DNA of 32,000 nucleotides from Rhodococcus indonesiensis (GTDB lineage Bacteria; Actinomycetota; Actinomycetes; Mycobacteriales; Mycobacteriaceae): NCBI RefSeq assembly GCF_030360185.1, contig NZ_JAUBOF010000017.1; one strand, 5' to 3'. Shown piece by piece: positions 24,702 to 32,000 of this stretch (position 1 is its first letter; each line of letters starts with the position of its first letter). The notes under the pieces were generated by a model. It saw only the letters and a program-made list of their open reading frames with translations, ran no database searches and was not told where the DNA came from. The position numbers and the translations under genes were made by a program.

Positions 24702-25187
24702 TCACGAAGCAGTCACGCCGTGGCATCGCCGGTGCAGCGCGCGCACCTCGTCGACGAGTTCCGGTACCGGACCCTCGACCGTCACCCCGGGTGCGACCTC
24801 CCGGATCGGCAGGGACCGGACGGGCGCCGGCGGCACCCCGAGCTCGTCGAGCCAGCCGGCGAGTTGCGCCGACGACGCCACGTACACGACGCGTCCGAGC
24901 CCGACCCAGCCGTGCGCGGCCGCGCACATCGGGCAGTGCTCCCCGGAGGTGTACACCGTCGCGCCGGCGCGCTCGGCCTCGCTCATATGTGCGGCGGCCC
25001 AGCGGGCCAGTTCGAACTCGGGATGCCTGGTCCGGTCCCCGCCCGCGACCCGGTTGCGGTCCTCGGCGAGCCGCGTGCCGTCGGCCGACACCAGCACCGA
25101 GCCGAACGGTTCGTCGCCGGCGTCCAGCGCCTCCCGTGCCAGTTCCACGCATCGTCGCAGGTGCGTCATCTCCGATTCGTCGATCAC
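24702..25187 (-). CDS. CMP/dCMP-type zinc deaminase (nucleoside/guanine/tRNA-adenosine deaminase family)
   Basis: Zinc-binding motifs HPE and CPMCAAA. GTG 25187 is preceded by GGGAGGG. Confidence 0.85.
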   Translation of the reverse strand: MIDESEMTHLRRCVELAREALDAGDEPFGSVLVSADGTRLAEDRNRVAGGDRTRHPEFELARWAAAHMSEAERAGATVYTSGEHCPMCAAAHGWVGLGRVVYVASSAQLAGWLDELGVPPAPVRSLPIREVAPGVTVEGPVPELVDEVRALHRRCHGVTAS

Positions 25188-25203
25188 GTGGCCCTCCCGG
25201 TGT

Positions 25204-25255
25204 CGCGGTCGTAGACCGCATCATGTCACCGCGGTCGTCGACCGCATCATGTCAC
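25204..25255. repeat. Tandem 26-bp direct repeat x2 (CGCGGTCGT[A/C]GACCGCATCATGTCAC)
   Basis: Read directly: units at 25204-25229 and 25230-25255 with 1 mismatch. Each unit contains the palindrome GCGGTCG-N-CGACCGC. It lies between the lipase stop (25266) and the deaminase SD and start (25187). Confidence 0.8.
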
Positions 25256-25265
25256 CGGGCCATCC

Positions 25266-26513
25266 TCAGCCCGCGCAGGTGCCCTCGTCGGGCGCTCCGG
25301 CGAACCGCCGGTCCATCCAGTCCATCCCCTCCACGGCGGCGGGAAGCAGGCCGATTCCGTGACCCGCGCCGGTCCCGGGCAGCACCGGCGGAACGGCATA
25401 GCGCCGATAGGTGACGGATGTGCCTCCGGCACACCATTTCCCGACCATCGTGTCGACGCCGCCGACCTGGACGAAGTCGTCCGTCGCGTTCTGCGCGACG
25501 AACGTGGGGATCGTGGGTGCGATGTTGCCGAGTTCCTGCTCGCGCACGAGCGACGCCCACGGTTCGGTGGCCAGGTGATCGGCGATGGGCCGGCCGTCGA
25601 CCGTGTACCAGGCCGTGGGGAAGAACGGATTCATGCGGGGCGCGTCGTAGACGCAGTACGTCTCGGCGCGCGCGAGAATATCGCGTCCGGCGGGATTGAA
25701 CACCCCGAGCAGTTCCTCCCGCACCTGCGGATAGGCCGCGGCGAAGCCGTTGACGACCCAGCCGATCCCGCCGGAGAGCAGCGATCCGTCGCCGGCGACG
25801 GCGAGGTCGGCGAGCGACGCGGGCGGGGAACCGGCGACCGCGGCGACGACGGGTAGTTCGGGGGCGTAGGTGTCGGCCAGTTCCGCGGCCGCCGCCGACG
25901 ACATGCCGCCCTGCGAGTAGCCCCAGAAGCCGATGCGGGTGCCCTCGTCGATGCCGCGGTCCGTCAGCTGCAGCGCCGCACGGGCCAGATCGAGCATGGC
26001 GTGCCCCTGCGAGACGCGGTTCAGGTAGGGATGCCCGCCGGGCGTGCCGAGGCCCTCGTAGTCGGTCATCGCGACGGCGTAGCCGCGCGCGAGCAGCGGC
26101 ACGATGTGCAGGTACTCGTACTCCTGGAGGTGGTTCGTCAGCTTCGACGGTGCGCACTGGTCGCCCATGCCCTGCGTGCCCGGACCGAGGACGATCGTCG
26201 GGCGCGGACCGTCGCCGGACCAGGGTTGCGAGGGCACGAACACGGTGCCGGTGACCGCGGTCGGGCCGCCCGTGGCGTTCTCGCTGCGGTACATCACCCG
26301 GGTGGCGGTGGCGTCGAGCGCCGGGGCGACGACGGGTTCGGTGCGCAGGACGTCGCCGGCCGCTCCGCCGGGCAGCGGATCGGATGGGAGGTAGAACTCG
26401 TCGTAGCCCGAGGCGGACCCCGTGGGAGCGGCAGCCGCGACGGACCCGGCGACGAGAGGCGCCAGCAGCAGGGTCAGGGCGGCGGTGAGCAGACGGGCGG
26501 TGCGCGTGGGCAT
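25266..26513 (-). CDS. Secretory lipase (LIP family alpha/beta hydrolase)
   Basis: Signal peptide MPTRTARLLTAALTLLLAPLVAGSVAAAAP and nucleophile elbow GYSQGG. The overall pattern matches secreted triacylglycerol lipases. Start is ambiguous (26513, 26522 or 26531). Confidence 0.85.
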   Translation of the reverse strand: MPTRTARLLTAALTLLLAPLVAGSVAAAAPTGSASGYDEFYLPSDPLPGGAAGDVLRTEPVVAPALDATATRVMYRSENATGGPTAVTGTVFVPSQPWSGDGPRPTIVLGPGTQGMGDQCAPSKLTNHLQEYEYLHIVPLLARGYAVAMTDYEGLGTPGGHPYLNRVSQGHAMLDLARAALQLTDRGIDEGTRIGFWGYSQGGMSSAAAAELADTYAPELPVVAAVAGSPPASLADLAVAGDGSLLSGGIGWVVNGFAAAYPQVREELLGVFNPAGRDILARAETYCVYDAPRMNPFFPTAWYTVDGRPIADHLATEPWASLVREQELGNIAPTIPTFVAQNATDDFVQVGGVDTMVGKWCAGGTSVTYRRYAVPPVLPGTGAGHGIGLLPAAVEGMDWMDRRFAGAPDEGTCAG

Positions 26514-26692
26514 GCCGAGCATTCTGCACACATATGTACCCCGAAGGAAGGCGCCGCGACGACGATTCTGAAACGAGTTCTACGACCCTTCCGGCGCTGC
26601 GCCCGATCACCGGGACGATCGCTGCCGCCACCCCCGCGCCGCGGCTAGGGTCCGGATCGCCGCTGTATCCGCAGGACGGAAGGGACGCGACC

Positions 26693-27172
26693 ATGACCGT
26701 CGAAGAGCGACTGGCCCGGCTCGAGGCGCTCGAGGAGATCCGGATGCTCAAGCACCGGTACTTCCGCGCGTGCGACGCCAAGGACCCGGAGGGCATGCGC
26801 GACTGCTTCGTCGCCGAAGGCGCCGACATCTACTACGGCCCCGCACTGGGCAGCTTCGACGACGCCGACGGTCTCGTCGCCGTCTACGCCCGCCTCGCGC
26901 TCGAGCGCCTCGACGACCGGTACGTCATCCTCGACATGCACCACGGCATGCACCCGAGCATCGAGATCACCGGCGACGGCACCGCGACCGGAGCATGGAC
27001 CCTGCGGTTCCGGCAGGTGGACCTGCGGGCCCGCACCGAGCGGGTCAGCGCACTCGACTACGACGACGACTACGTCGTCGAGGACGGACGATGGAAGATC
27101 GCCCGGTGCCACGTGCGGGTGCACTGGTCCATCGAACGCCCACTGACCGACGACGTGAAAGTGGCGCATTAA
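26693..27172 (+). CDS. SnoaL-like / NTF2-fold family protein
   Basis: MTVEERLARLEALEEIRMLKHRYFRACDAKD is a typical SnoaL_4 N-terminus. C-terminal DDYVVEDGRWKIA. SD GGACGGAAGGGA lies upstream of ATG 26693. Confidence 0.8.
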   Translation: MTVEERLARLEALEEIRMLKHRYFRACDAKDPEGMRDCFVAEGADIYYGPALGSFDDADGLVAVYARLALERLDDRYVILDMHHGMHPSIEITGDGTATGAWTLRFRQVDLRARTERVSALDYDDDYVVEDGRWKIARCHVRVHWSIERPLTDDVKVAH

Positions 27173-27177
27173 CGCCT

Positions 27178-28434
27178 CTCCTTCCCGAAGGCAGGAGATT
27201 CCCGACTCAGACCGCAACCGCACCACCACCGGGAGGGAGGTGATCCGCTTGACTCACGTCGTCGACACCGGTGTGGCCACGCTCCGCCACAGCCAGAATC
27301 ACCCTGGCAGCGTTCCGGTCCCGGCACGCGGTATGCCCGCACGCCCGGCACCGGAAAACCCGTTCCTCGAGTCCGAGGGGTTGCTCGGCTCTCGCGAAAC
27401 ACCTCGAACACGTCATGGTCGTGTACGCGGGCCGCACCACCACCACCTTCCGGCCGGCCCGCCGGCCCCGCTCGAGCAACTCCCGTTTCACCGTCGCGAT
27501 CGCGGCATCGGCGGCCGTGCGCGCCATCGTCGACCTCGACAGGAACCGGGGTCGGAAATCCTCCACCGCGACCAGATGATGCGCCTCGACCACGGCCCTG
27601 GCCCAGATCCGGCCGTCGTGCCGGTTCTGTCGGGCCGCCTTCTTCTGCAGCTTCGCGGCCCGGGTGCGGGCCCGCCGATAGCCCCTCGAGGGTGGGTGCC
27701 CCGTGCCTCGGCGGCGCCGCGCCATCGTCCGCTGCGCTCTCGCCAACTCCGCCGCACACCGTTTCCGGTGCCCGTGCTGCGGCAGGTCGAACCGCTCCTC
27801 GGTGGCCGTCGCGGTGCGGGCCACGCCCCAGTCGATCCCGACCGCGCTGTTCGGGTCGGCGGCCGGGATCGGCTCCACCTCGCGGGTCACCACGAACGAG
27901 GCGTACCAGTGCCCCAGGCAATCGCGGGTGATGCGCACACTCGACGGCTCCGCCGGCAACACCCGCGACCACACCACCGGCACACGCACACCCTTGGGCA
28001 GCACCAGCCGGCCGTCGCGGATCCGGAACCCGCGGCGGGTGTACTCGAGCGACGGCAGGGTCTTCTTCCGCGCCTTGAACCGCGGCCGGCCCCGGCCCGG
28101 GGCCGTGAACGACGCGTCCAACGCCTGCGCGTAGGTACGCAGCATCTGCTGCTGGGCGACCTGGGAGCCGTCCCGCAACCACGACGAGCGGGCTCGGGCT
28201 TCGGTCAACTGTTTGCCGAGTGTCCCGAAACTCGGTGGGCGGCCCGTGGCGAACTGGTGGACGGCTTCGTTCCACAGGAACCGGCAGCGATGCCACTCGG
28301 CGATCAGGGCAGCCGCGGCGGTGGTGCCCGGCCGCAACCGGTAGTTGTAGCGCACCACCTCGACCCCCATGCCGGCACGCTAACCGACCCCACCGACAGG
28401 TTCGCCCGACACCACCACTCCCCCGAAAGGAGGA
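27178..28434 (-). mobile_element. IS200/IS605-superfamily element carrying tnpB only (IS1341-like, no tnpA); ends approximate
   Basis: Similar subterminal hairpins lie on the tnpB sense strand at both ends. The upstream one is TCCTCC-TTTC-GGGGGA (28419-28434). The downstream one is CTCCTGCC-TTCG-GGAAGGAG (27178-27197). There is no room for a tnpA gene between the flanking genes. Confidence 0.55.
27207..28370 (-). CDS. tnpB: TnpB (OrfB) RNA-guided endonuclease family protein
   Basis: RuvC triad appears intact: VGIDWGV (D), LVAVEDF (E), CRDRNAARVI (D). Zinc finger CSRC-N17-CRAC. N-terminus VVRYNYRLRP is typical of actinobacterial OrfB proteins. Confidence 0.9.
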   Translation of the reverse strand: MGVEVVRYNYRLRPGTTAAAALIAEWHRCRFLWNEAVHQFATGRPPSFGTLGKQLTEARARSSWLRDGSQVAQQQMLRTYAQALDASFTAPGRGRPRFKARKKTLPSLEYTRRGFRIRDGRLVLPKGVRVPVVWSRVLPAEPSSVRITRDCLGHWYASFVVTREVEPIPAADPNSAVGIDWGVARTATATEERFDLPQHGHRKRCAAELARAQRTMARRRRGTGHPPSRGYRRARTRAAKLQKKAARQNRHDGRIWARAVVEAHHLVAVEDFRPRFLSRSTMARTAADAAIATVKRELLERGRRAGRKVVVVRPAYTTMTCSRCFARAEQPLGLEERVFRCRACGHTACRDRNAARVILAVAERGHTGVDDVSQADHLPPGGGAVAV

Positions 28435-28456
28435 CGGCGCTTCCTCTCCCTCGTGA

Positions 28457-29338
28457 ATGAGGCAGTATCGCGCCGCACATCAGATGACCGAAGACATGAC
28501 CGAAGACACGACCGAACACAAGGTAGCCCTCGTCACCGGCGCGAGCCGCAGCGTCGGCAAGGGCATCGCGTGCGCCCTCGGCTCCGACGGCTGGACCGTC
28601 TACGTCACCGCCCGCGGACCGGTCGGCACCGACGGGCCACTGGACCGCACCGCCGCCGAGGTCACCGCGCGCGGCGGGACCGGCATCGCCGTGCAGTGCA
28701 ATCACACCGACGACGAGCAGGTCCAGGCGCTGTTCCGGCGCATCGCCGACGAGCAGGGCGGCCGGCTGGACCTGCTGGTGAACAACGTGTGGGCCGGGCC
28801 GCCCGGTTTCGCGGGCTTCTCCGAGCCGTTCTGGCAGCGCCCGCTCTCGGACTGGGACTCGCTCGTCGGCCTCGGACTGCGTGCGCACTACGTCGCGTCC
28901 GTCGAGGCGGCGAAGCTCATGGTGCCGCGCGGCAGCGGAACGATCGTCAACATCTCCTCGTTCGGCACGCGCGGCTACCTGCACTCGGTGCTGTACGGCA
29001 TCTCGAAGGCGGGGCTGGACAAGATGGCCGCCGACATGGCCGTGGACCTGCGCGGGACCGGCGTGACCGCCCTGTCGGTGTGGCCGGGGCTGGTCAAGAA
29101 CGAGGCGATGCTCGCCCGCGGCATCGACAACTTCGAGGGCTTCTCCCTCGCCGACGCCGAGACCCCCGAGTTCGTCGGACGGGTGATCGTCGCGCTCGCG
29201 AACGACCCGAAGGTGAACGAGCGCAGCGGGCACACCCTGATCACCGCCGAGACCGCCCTCGACTACGGGGTCGTCGACGTGAAAGGCAATCAACCGGATT
29301 CGCATCGGGCGGCGTTCGGCGGCGGCCCGCTGTACTGA
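28457..29338 (+). CDS. SDR family oxidoreductase
   Basis: VALVTGASRSVGKGIA, NNVW, and S...YGISKAGLDKM. Start is uncertain (28457, 28484 or 28496). Confidence 0.85.
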   Translation: MRQYRAAHQMTEDMTEDTTEHKVALVTGASRSVGKGIACALGSDGWTVYVTARGPVGTDGPLDRTAAEVTARGGTGIAVQCNHTDDEQVQALFRRIADEQGGRLDLLVNNVWAGPPGFAGFSEPFWQRPLSDWDSLVGLGLRAHYVASVEAAKLMVPRGSGTIVNISSFGTRGYLHSVLYGISKAGLDKMAADMAVDLRGTGVTALSVWPGLVKNEAMLARGIDNFEGFSLADAETPEFVGRVIVALANDPKVNERSGHTLITAETALDYGVVDVKGNQPDSHRAAFGGGPLY

Positions 29339-29417
29339 TCCGCGGAGGGCGCGAAATCCTCTGTGGTCCCTCCCAGGGACGAGATAGCCTCCGGAAAAGG
29401 GCGAGAGGGCGGGCACC

Positions 29418-30479
29418 GTGCACAGTGAGAACATCCCGGTCGCCGGCTCCGACGGCACGGAATCGACGGGCGTGCTCGATCTGCCGGAGGGCCCGCCGCG
29501 CGCGTTCGCACTGCTCGCGCACCGCTTCGGCACGGCAGCGTCGCAGATCTCGGAGGTCCTCACCGAGCACGGCCTCGCCGTCCTGCGCGTCGCCTGCGAG
29601 GCCGACGAGGGCTCGGGTTCCGAGGTCACCGCCCTCGTGCACGCGGCGAATCACCTGCGCGACCACTACGCCGCTCCCAGCATTCTGATCGGCCACTCCC
29701 TCGGTGGCGCCGCCGTCCTCGCGGCGACCGAGCAGGTGCCCGAGACGCGAGCCGTGGTCACGATCGGCGCCCCGGCGGCGACCGAGCAGATCCTCGAGCT
29801 CGGTGCCGCGCTGCTGGTGATGCACTCCCCCGAGGACGACACCGTCGACATCGACAACGCCCGCCAGATCTTCGAGGCCGCCCGTCACCCCAAGTCCTTC
29901 CTGTCCGTCGACGGCGCCGACCACCTGCTCACCCGGCAGTCCGACGCCCGGTTCGTCGCCTCGACGCTGGCGGTGTGGGCGGGCAGATACCTGGACGAGC
30001 ACACCGCGCCGCAGCCGTCCCCGGCCGAGGGTGTCGTCGAAGTCTCGTGGAACGGAGCCACCCGGTTCGGGCAGCGCATCACCATGGGCCGGCACGTGAT
30101 GACCGCCGACGAACCCTCTCCCGCGGGCGACGACACCGGGCCGTCACCGTACGACCTGCTGCTCGCCTCCCTCGGCGCCTGCACGTCGATGACGCTGCGC
30201 ATGTACGCCGACCGCAAGCAGTGGCCGCTCGAGAACGTATCGGTTTCCTTGCATCACAGCCGGATCCACGCCGCCGACTGCGAGGACTGCGAGACCCGGA
30301 CGGGGCGGCTCGACAGGATCGAACGCGTCATCCGGCTCGTCGGTGATCTCGACGAGCAACAGCGGCAGCGTCTGCTCGAGATCGCCGACCGCTGCCCGGT
30401 ACACCGGACCCTGCACTCGGAGATCGTGGTGGACACCGCCCTGGCAGCCGGTGATCGGACCGACGACGCGCCGCCCTGA
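29418..30479 (+). CDS. Alpha/beta hydrolase - OsmC family fusion protein
   Basis: N-terminal half carries GHSLGG (nucleophile elbow) and DH near its end. C-terminal half [23 protein letters not shown]...CPVHRTL is an OsmC/Ohr fold with two Cys. Confidence 0.85.
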   Translation: MHSENIPVAGSDGTESTGVLDLPEGPPRAFALLAHRFGTAASQISEVLTEHGLAVLRVACEADEGSGSEVTALVHAANHLRDHYAAPSILIGHSLGGAAVLAATEQVPETRAVVTIGAPAATEQILELGAALLVMHSPEDDTVDIDNARQIFEAARHPKSFLSVDGADHLLTRQSDARFVASTLAVWAGRYLDEHTAPQPSPAEGVVEVSWNGATRFGQRITMGRHVMTADEPSPAGDDTGPSPYDLLLASLGACTSMTLRMYADRKQWPLENVSVSLHHSRIHAADCEDCETRTGRLDRIERVIRLVGDLDEQQRQRLLEIADRCPVHRTLHSEIVVDTALAAGDRTDDAPP

Positions 30480-30491
30480 GCTCGCTACCCC

Positions 30492-31481
30492 TCACGCCAG
30501 GTGGCAGGCCACCTGCCCGCCCCCGGGCACCTCGGTGATCTCGGGGCGGCGTTCCCGGCACACCGGTAGCACCTTCGGGCAGCGGGTACTGAACGCGCAC
30601 CCGGCGGGCGGATTCGCCGGGTCGGGCAGCTCGCCCGTGAGCCGGATCCGTTCGCGGCGGCGTTGACGGGCCGGGTCCGGGACGGGCACCGCCGACAGCA
30701 GCGCCTGCGTGTACGGGTGCGCCGGCTCGGTGAACAGCCGCTCCGACGGACCCCACTCGACGATCCGGCCCAGGTACATCACCGCCGTGGTGTGGGCGAT
30801 GTGCCGGACCACCGCGAGGTCGTGCGCGATGAACAGGTACGCGATGCCCAGCTCGGCGGAGAGTTCCTCGAGCAGCGCGATCACCTGGTTCTGGGTGGAG
30901 ACGTCGAGGGCGCTCACCGCCTCGTCGGCGACGACCAGTTTCGGCTCCACCGCGATGGCCCGGGCGATGGCGATGCGCTGGCGCTGCCCGCCCGAGAACT
31001 CGTACGGGTAGCGCTCGGCGTGTTCGGGCCGCAGCCCCACCTGTTCGAGCAGCTGCCCGACCTTCCGGCGACGGGCAACGGCGTCGAGGTCGGTGTGCAC
31101 CTCGAGCGGTTCGGCGACGGCGTCGCCGACCGTGCGCGACGGATCCAGCGACGAGTACGGGTCCTGGAACACCATCTGCATGTCGCGGCGCGCGGCGCGC
31201 AGCTCCGACTTCCCCAGGGCGGTGACGTCGACACCGTCGAGCACCACCGACCCGGCGGCGACGTCCACCAGCCGCAGGATGCCGCGCACGGTGGTGGACT
31301 TCCCGGAGCCGGATTCCCCTACCAGGGCGAAGGTTTCGCCGGCCCGGATGTCGAATCCCACCTCGTCCACCGCGCGGATCGTGCGCTTCTTCGCGAACGG
31401 GCGTCCCCGCACCGGGAACTCGACCCGCAGGCCCCGCACGCTCAGCAGCGGTGCGTTCGTGTCCTTCTCGACGACGGTCAT
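30492..31481 (-). CDS. ABC transporter ATP-binding protein, oligopeptide/dipeptide type (OppF/DppF-like)
   Basis: Walker A GESGSGKS, signature FSGGQRQR, Walker B LVVADE, and the C-terminal oligopeptide-type extension (HPYTQALL...CAFSTRCP). ATGA overlap with the upstream gene. Confidence 0.9.
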   Translation of the reverse strand: MTVVEKDTNAPLLSVRGLRVEFPVRGRPFAKKRTIRAVDEVGFDIRAGETFALVGESGSGKSTTVRGILRLVDVAAGSVVLDGVDVTALGKSELRAARRDMQMVFQDPYSSLDPSRTVGDAVAEPLEVHTDLDAVARRRKVGQLLEQVGLRPEHAERYPYEFSGGQRQRIAIARAIAVEPKLVVADEAVSALDVSTQNQVIALLEELSAELGIAYLFIAHDLAVVRHIAHTTAVMYLGRIVEWGPSERLFTEPAHPYTQALLSAVPVPDPARQRRRERIRLTGELPDPANPPAGCAFSTRCPKVLPVCRERRPEITEVPGGGQVACHLA

Positions 31482-32000
31482 GCCGTTCCCTCCAGGATCA
31501 GATCGGTCACCCGGGCGCAGCGCGCCGTCCGGCCGTCGCCCACGGTGAGCAGCGGCACGTCGGCGGCGCACTCGTCGGCGCGGTGGGGGCAGCGCGGCGC
31601 GAACCGGCAGCCGACGGGGATCGAGCCGGGCGGCGGTGGTGAGCCGGCAATGGTGTGCAGCTCGCTGCGCCCGCCCACGTCGGGCACCGAGCGCAGCAGA
31701 CCCGCGGTGTACGGGTGGCGGGGCGTCGCGTACAGCGGCTCGGTGCGGGCCCGTTCGACGACCTGCCCCGCGTACATCACGACGACCTCGGTGCACAGGT
31801 CGGCGACCACCCCCAGGTCGTGGGTCACGAACAGCACGCCCATCCCGAACCGGCCGGCCATCTCGCGGATCAGGTCGAGCACCTGCGCCTGTATGGTGAC
31901 GTCGAGCGCGGTGGTGGGTTCGTCGGCGATGAGCAGCTTCGGTTCGCACGCCAGCGCCATCGCGATCATCACCCGCTGCCGCATGCCGCCGGAGAACTCG
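31478..32000 (-). CDS. ABC transporter ATP-binding protein (OppD/DppD-like), C-terminal part; the 5' end is outside the window
   Basis: The reading frame is open to the window edge (...[44 protein letters not shown]). Confidence 0.85.
   Translation of the reverse strand, partial: EFSGGMRQRVMIAMALACEPKLLIADEPTTALDVTIQAQVLDLIREMAGRFGMGVLFVTHDLGVVADLCTEVVVMYAGQVVERARTEPLYATPRHPYTAGLLRSVPDVGGRSELHTIAGSPPPPGSIPVGCRFAPRCPHRADECAADVPLLTVGDGRTARCARVTDLILEGTA

Noticed and set aside
27173-27206. Hairpin CTCCTTCC-CGAA-GGCAGGAG as an intrinsic terminator of the SnoaL-like gene
   Set aside because: There is no T-tract after it on the + strand. A related hairpin sits at the other end of the tnpB element, so I favour an IS end or omega-RNA structure, although a terminator role is not excluded.
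14902-29629. Other long overlapping ORFs: 14902-16758 (+), 19053-20561 (+), 21921-23606 (+), 25252-26829 (-), 27240-28460 (+), 27169-28296 (-) and 28304-29629 (-)
   Set aside because: Each lies antisense or out of frame to a gene with clear family motifs (ATPase, P450, LuxR, lipase, TnpB, SDR) and has shadow-frame composition.
1-32000. tRNA, rRNA, CRISPR arrays, integrase or att sites
   Set aside because: A scan by eye found no T-loop/acceptor-like tRNA signatures, no rRNA-like conserved blocks, and no regularly spaced direct repeats other than the 2-unit 26-bp tandem. No recombinase gene was found, only TnpB.

Overview
High-GC (about 68-70%) actinobacterial chromosome segment. Gene content suggests Rhodococcus or another member of the Mycobacteriales: kshA, a CtpF-like ATPase with a USP, a MazEF9-like pair and an Lsr2-type domain. 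This taxon call is an inference. The window is a tightly packed mosaic of housekeeping-like and accessory genes. I found no rRNA, tRNA or CRISPR array. From left to right: (1) a partial lipoprotein gene, then a low-GC islet with an aegerolysin/actinoporin-like gene, then a GH5 glycosidase; (2) vapBC, an orphan gene and mazEF, followed by a GNAT, cinA and a formylglycine-generating enzyme; (3) an IclR and a TetR regulator convergent with an SDR / Zn-ribbon / kshA operon, with one AT-rich 22-nt motif seen three times at the 5' ends of these units; (4) an ERCC4-nuclease/Lsr2-domain fusion gene; (5) a USP plus P-type ATPase operon; (6) a P450 plus MpaB-family oxygenase pair, a large LuxR (LAL) regulator and a small secreted protein, with a repeated palindromic intergenic element; (7) a deaminase, a secretory lipase and a SnoaL-like protein; (8) a solo TnpB element with matching terminal hairpins; (9) an SDR, a hydrolase-OsmC fusion and two peptide-type ABC ATPases. 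The most interesting candidates are the low-GC aegerolysin/actinoporin-like gene, the ERCC4-Lsr2 fusion nuclease, the TnpB element with a possible omega-RNA, and the shared operator motif. All homology calls come from reading the translations by eye and from memory of family motifs. No database search was run.
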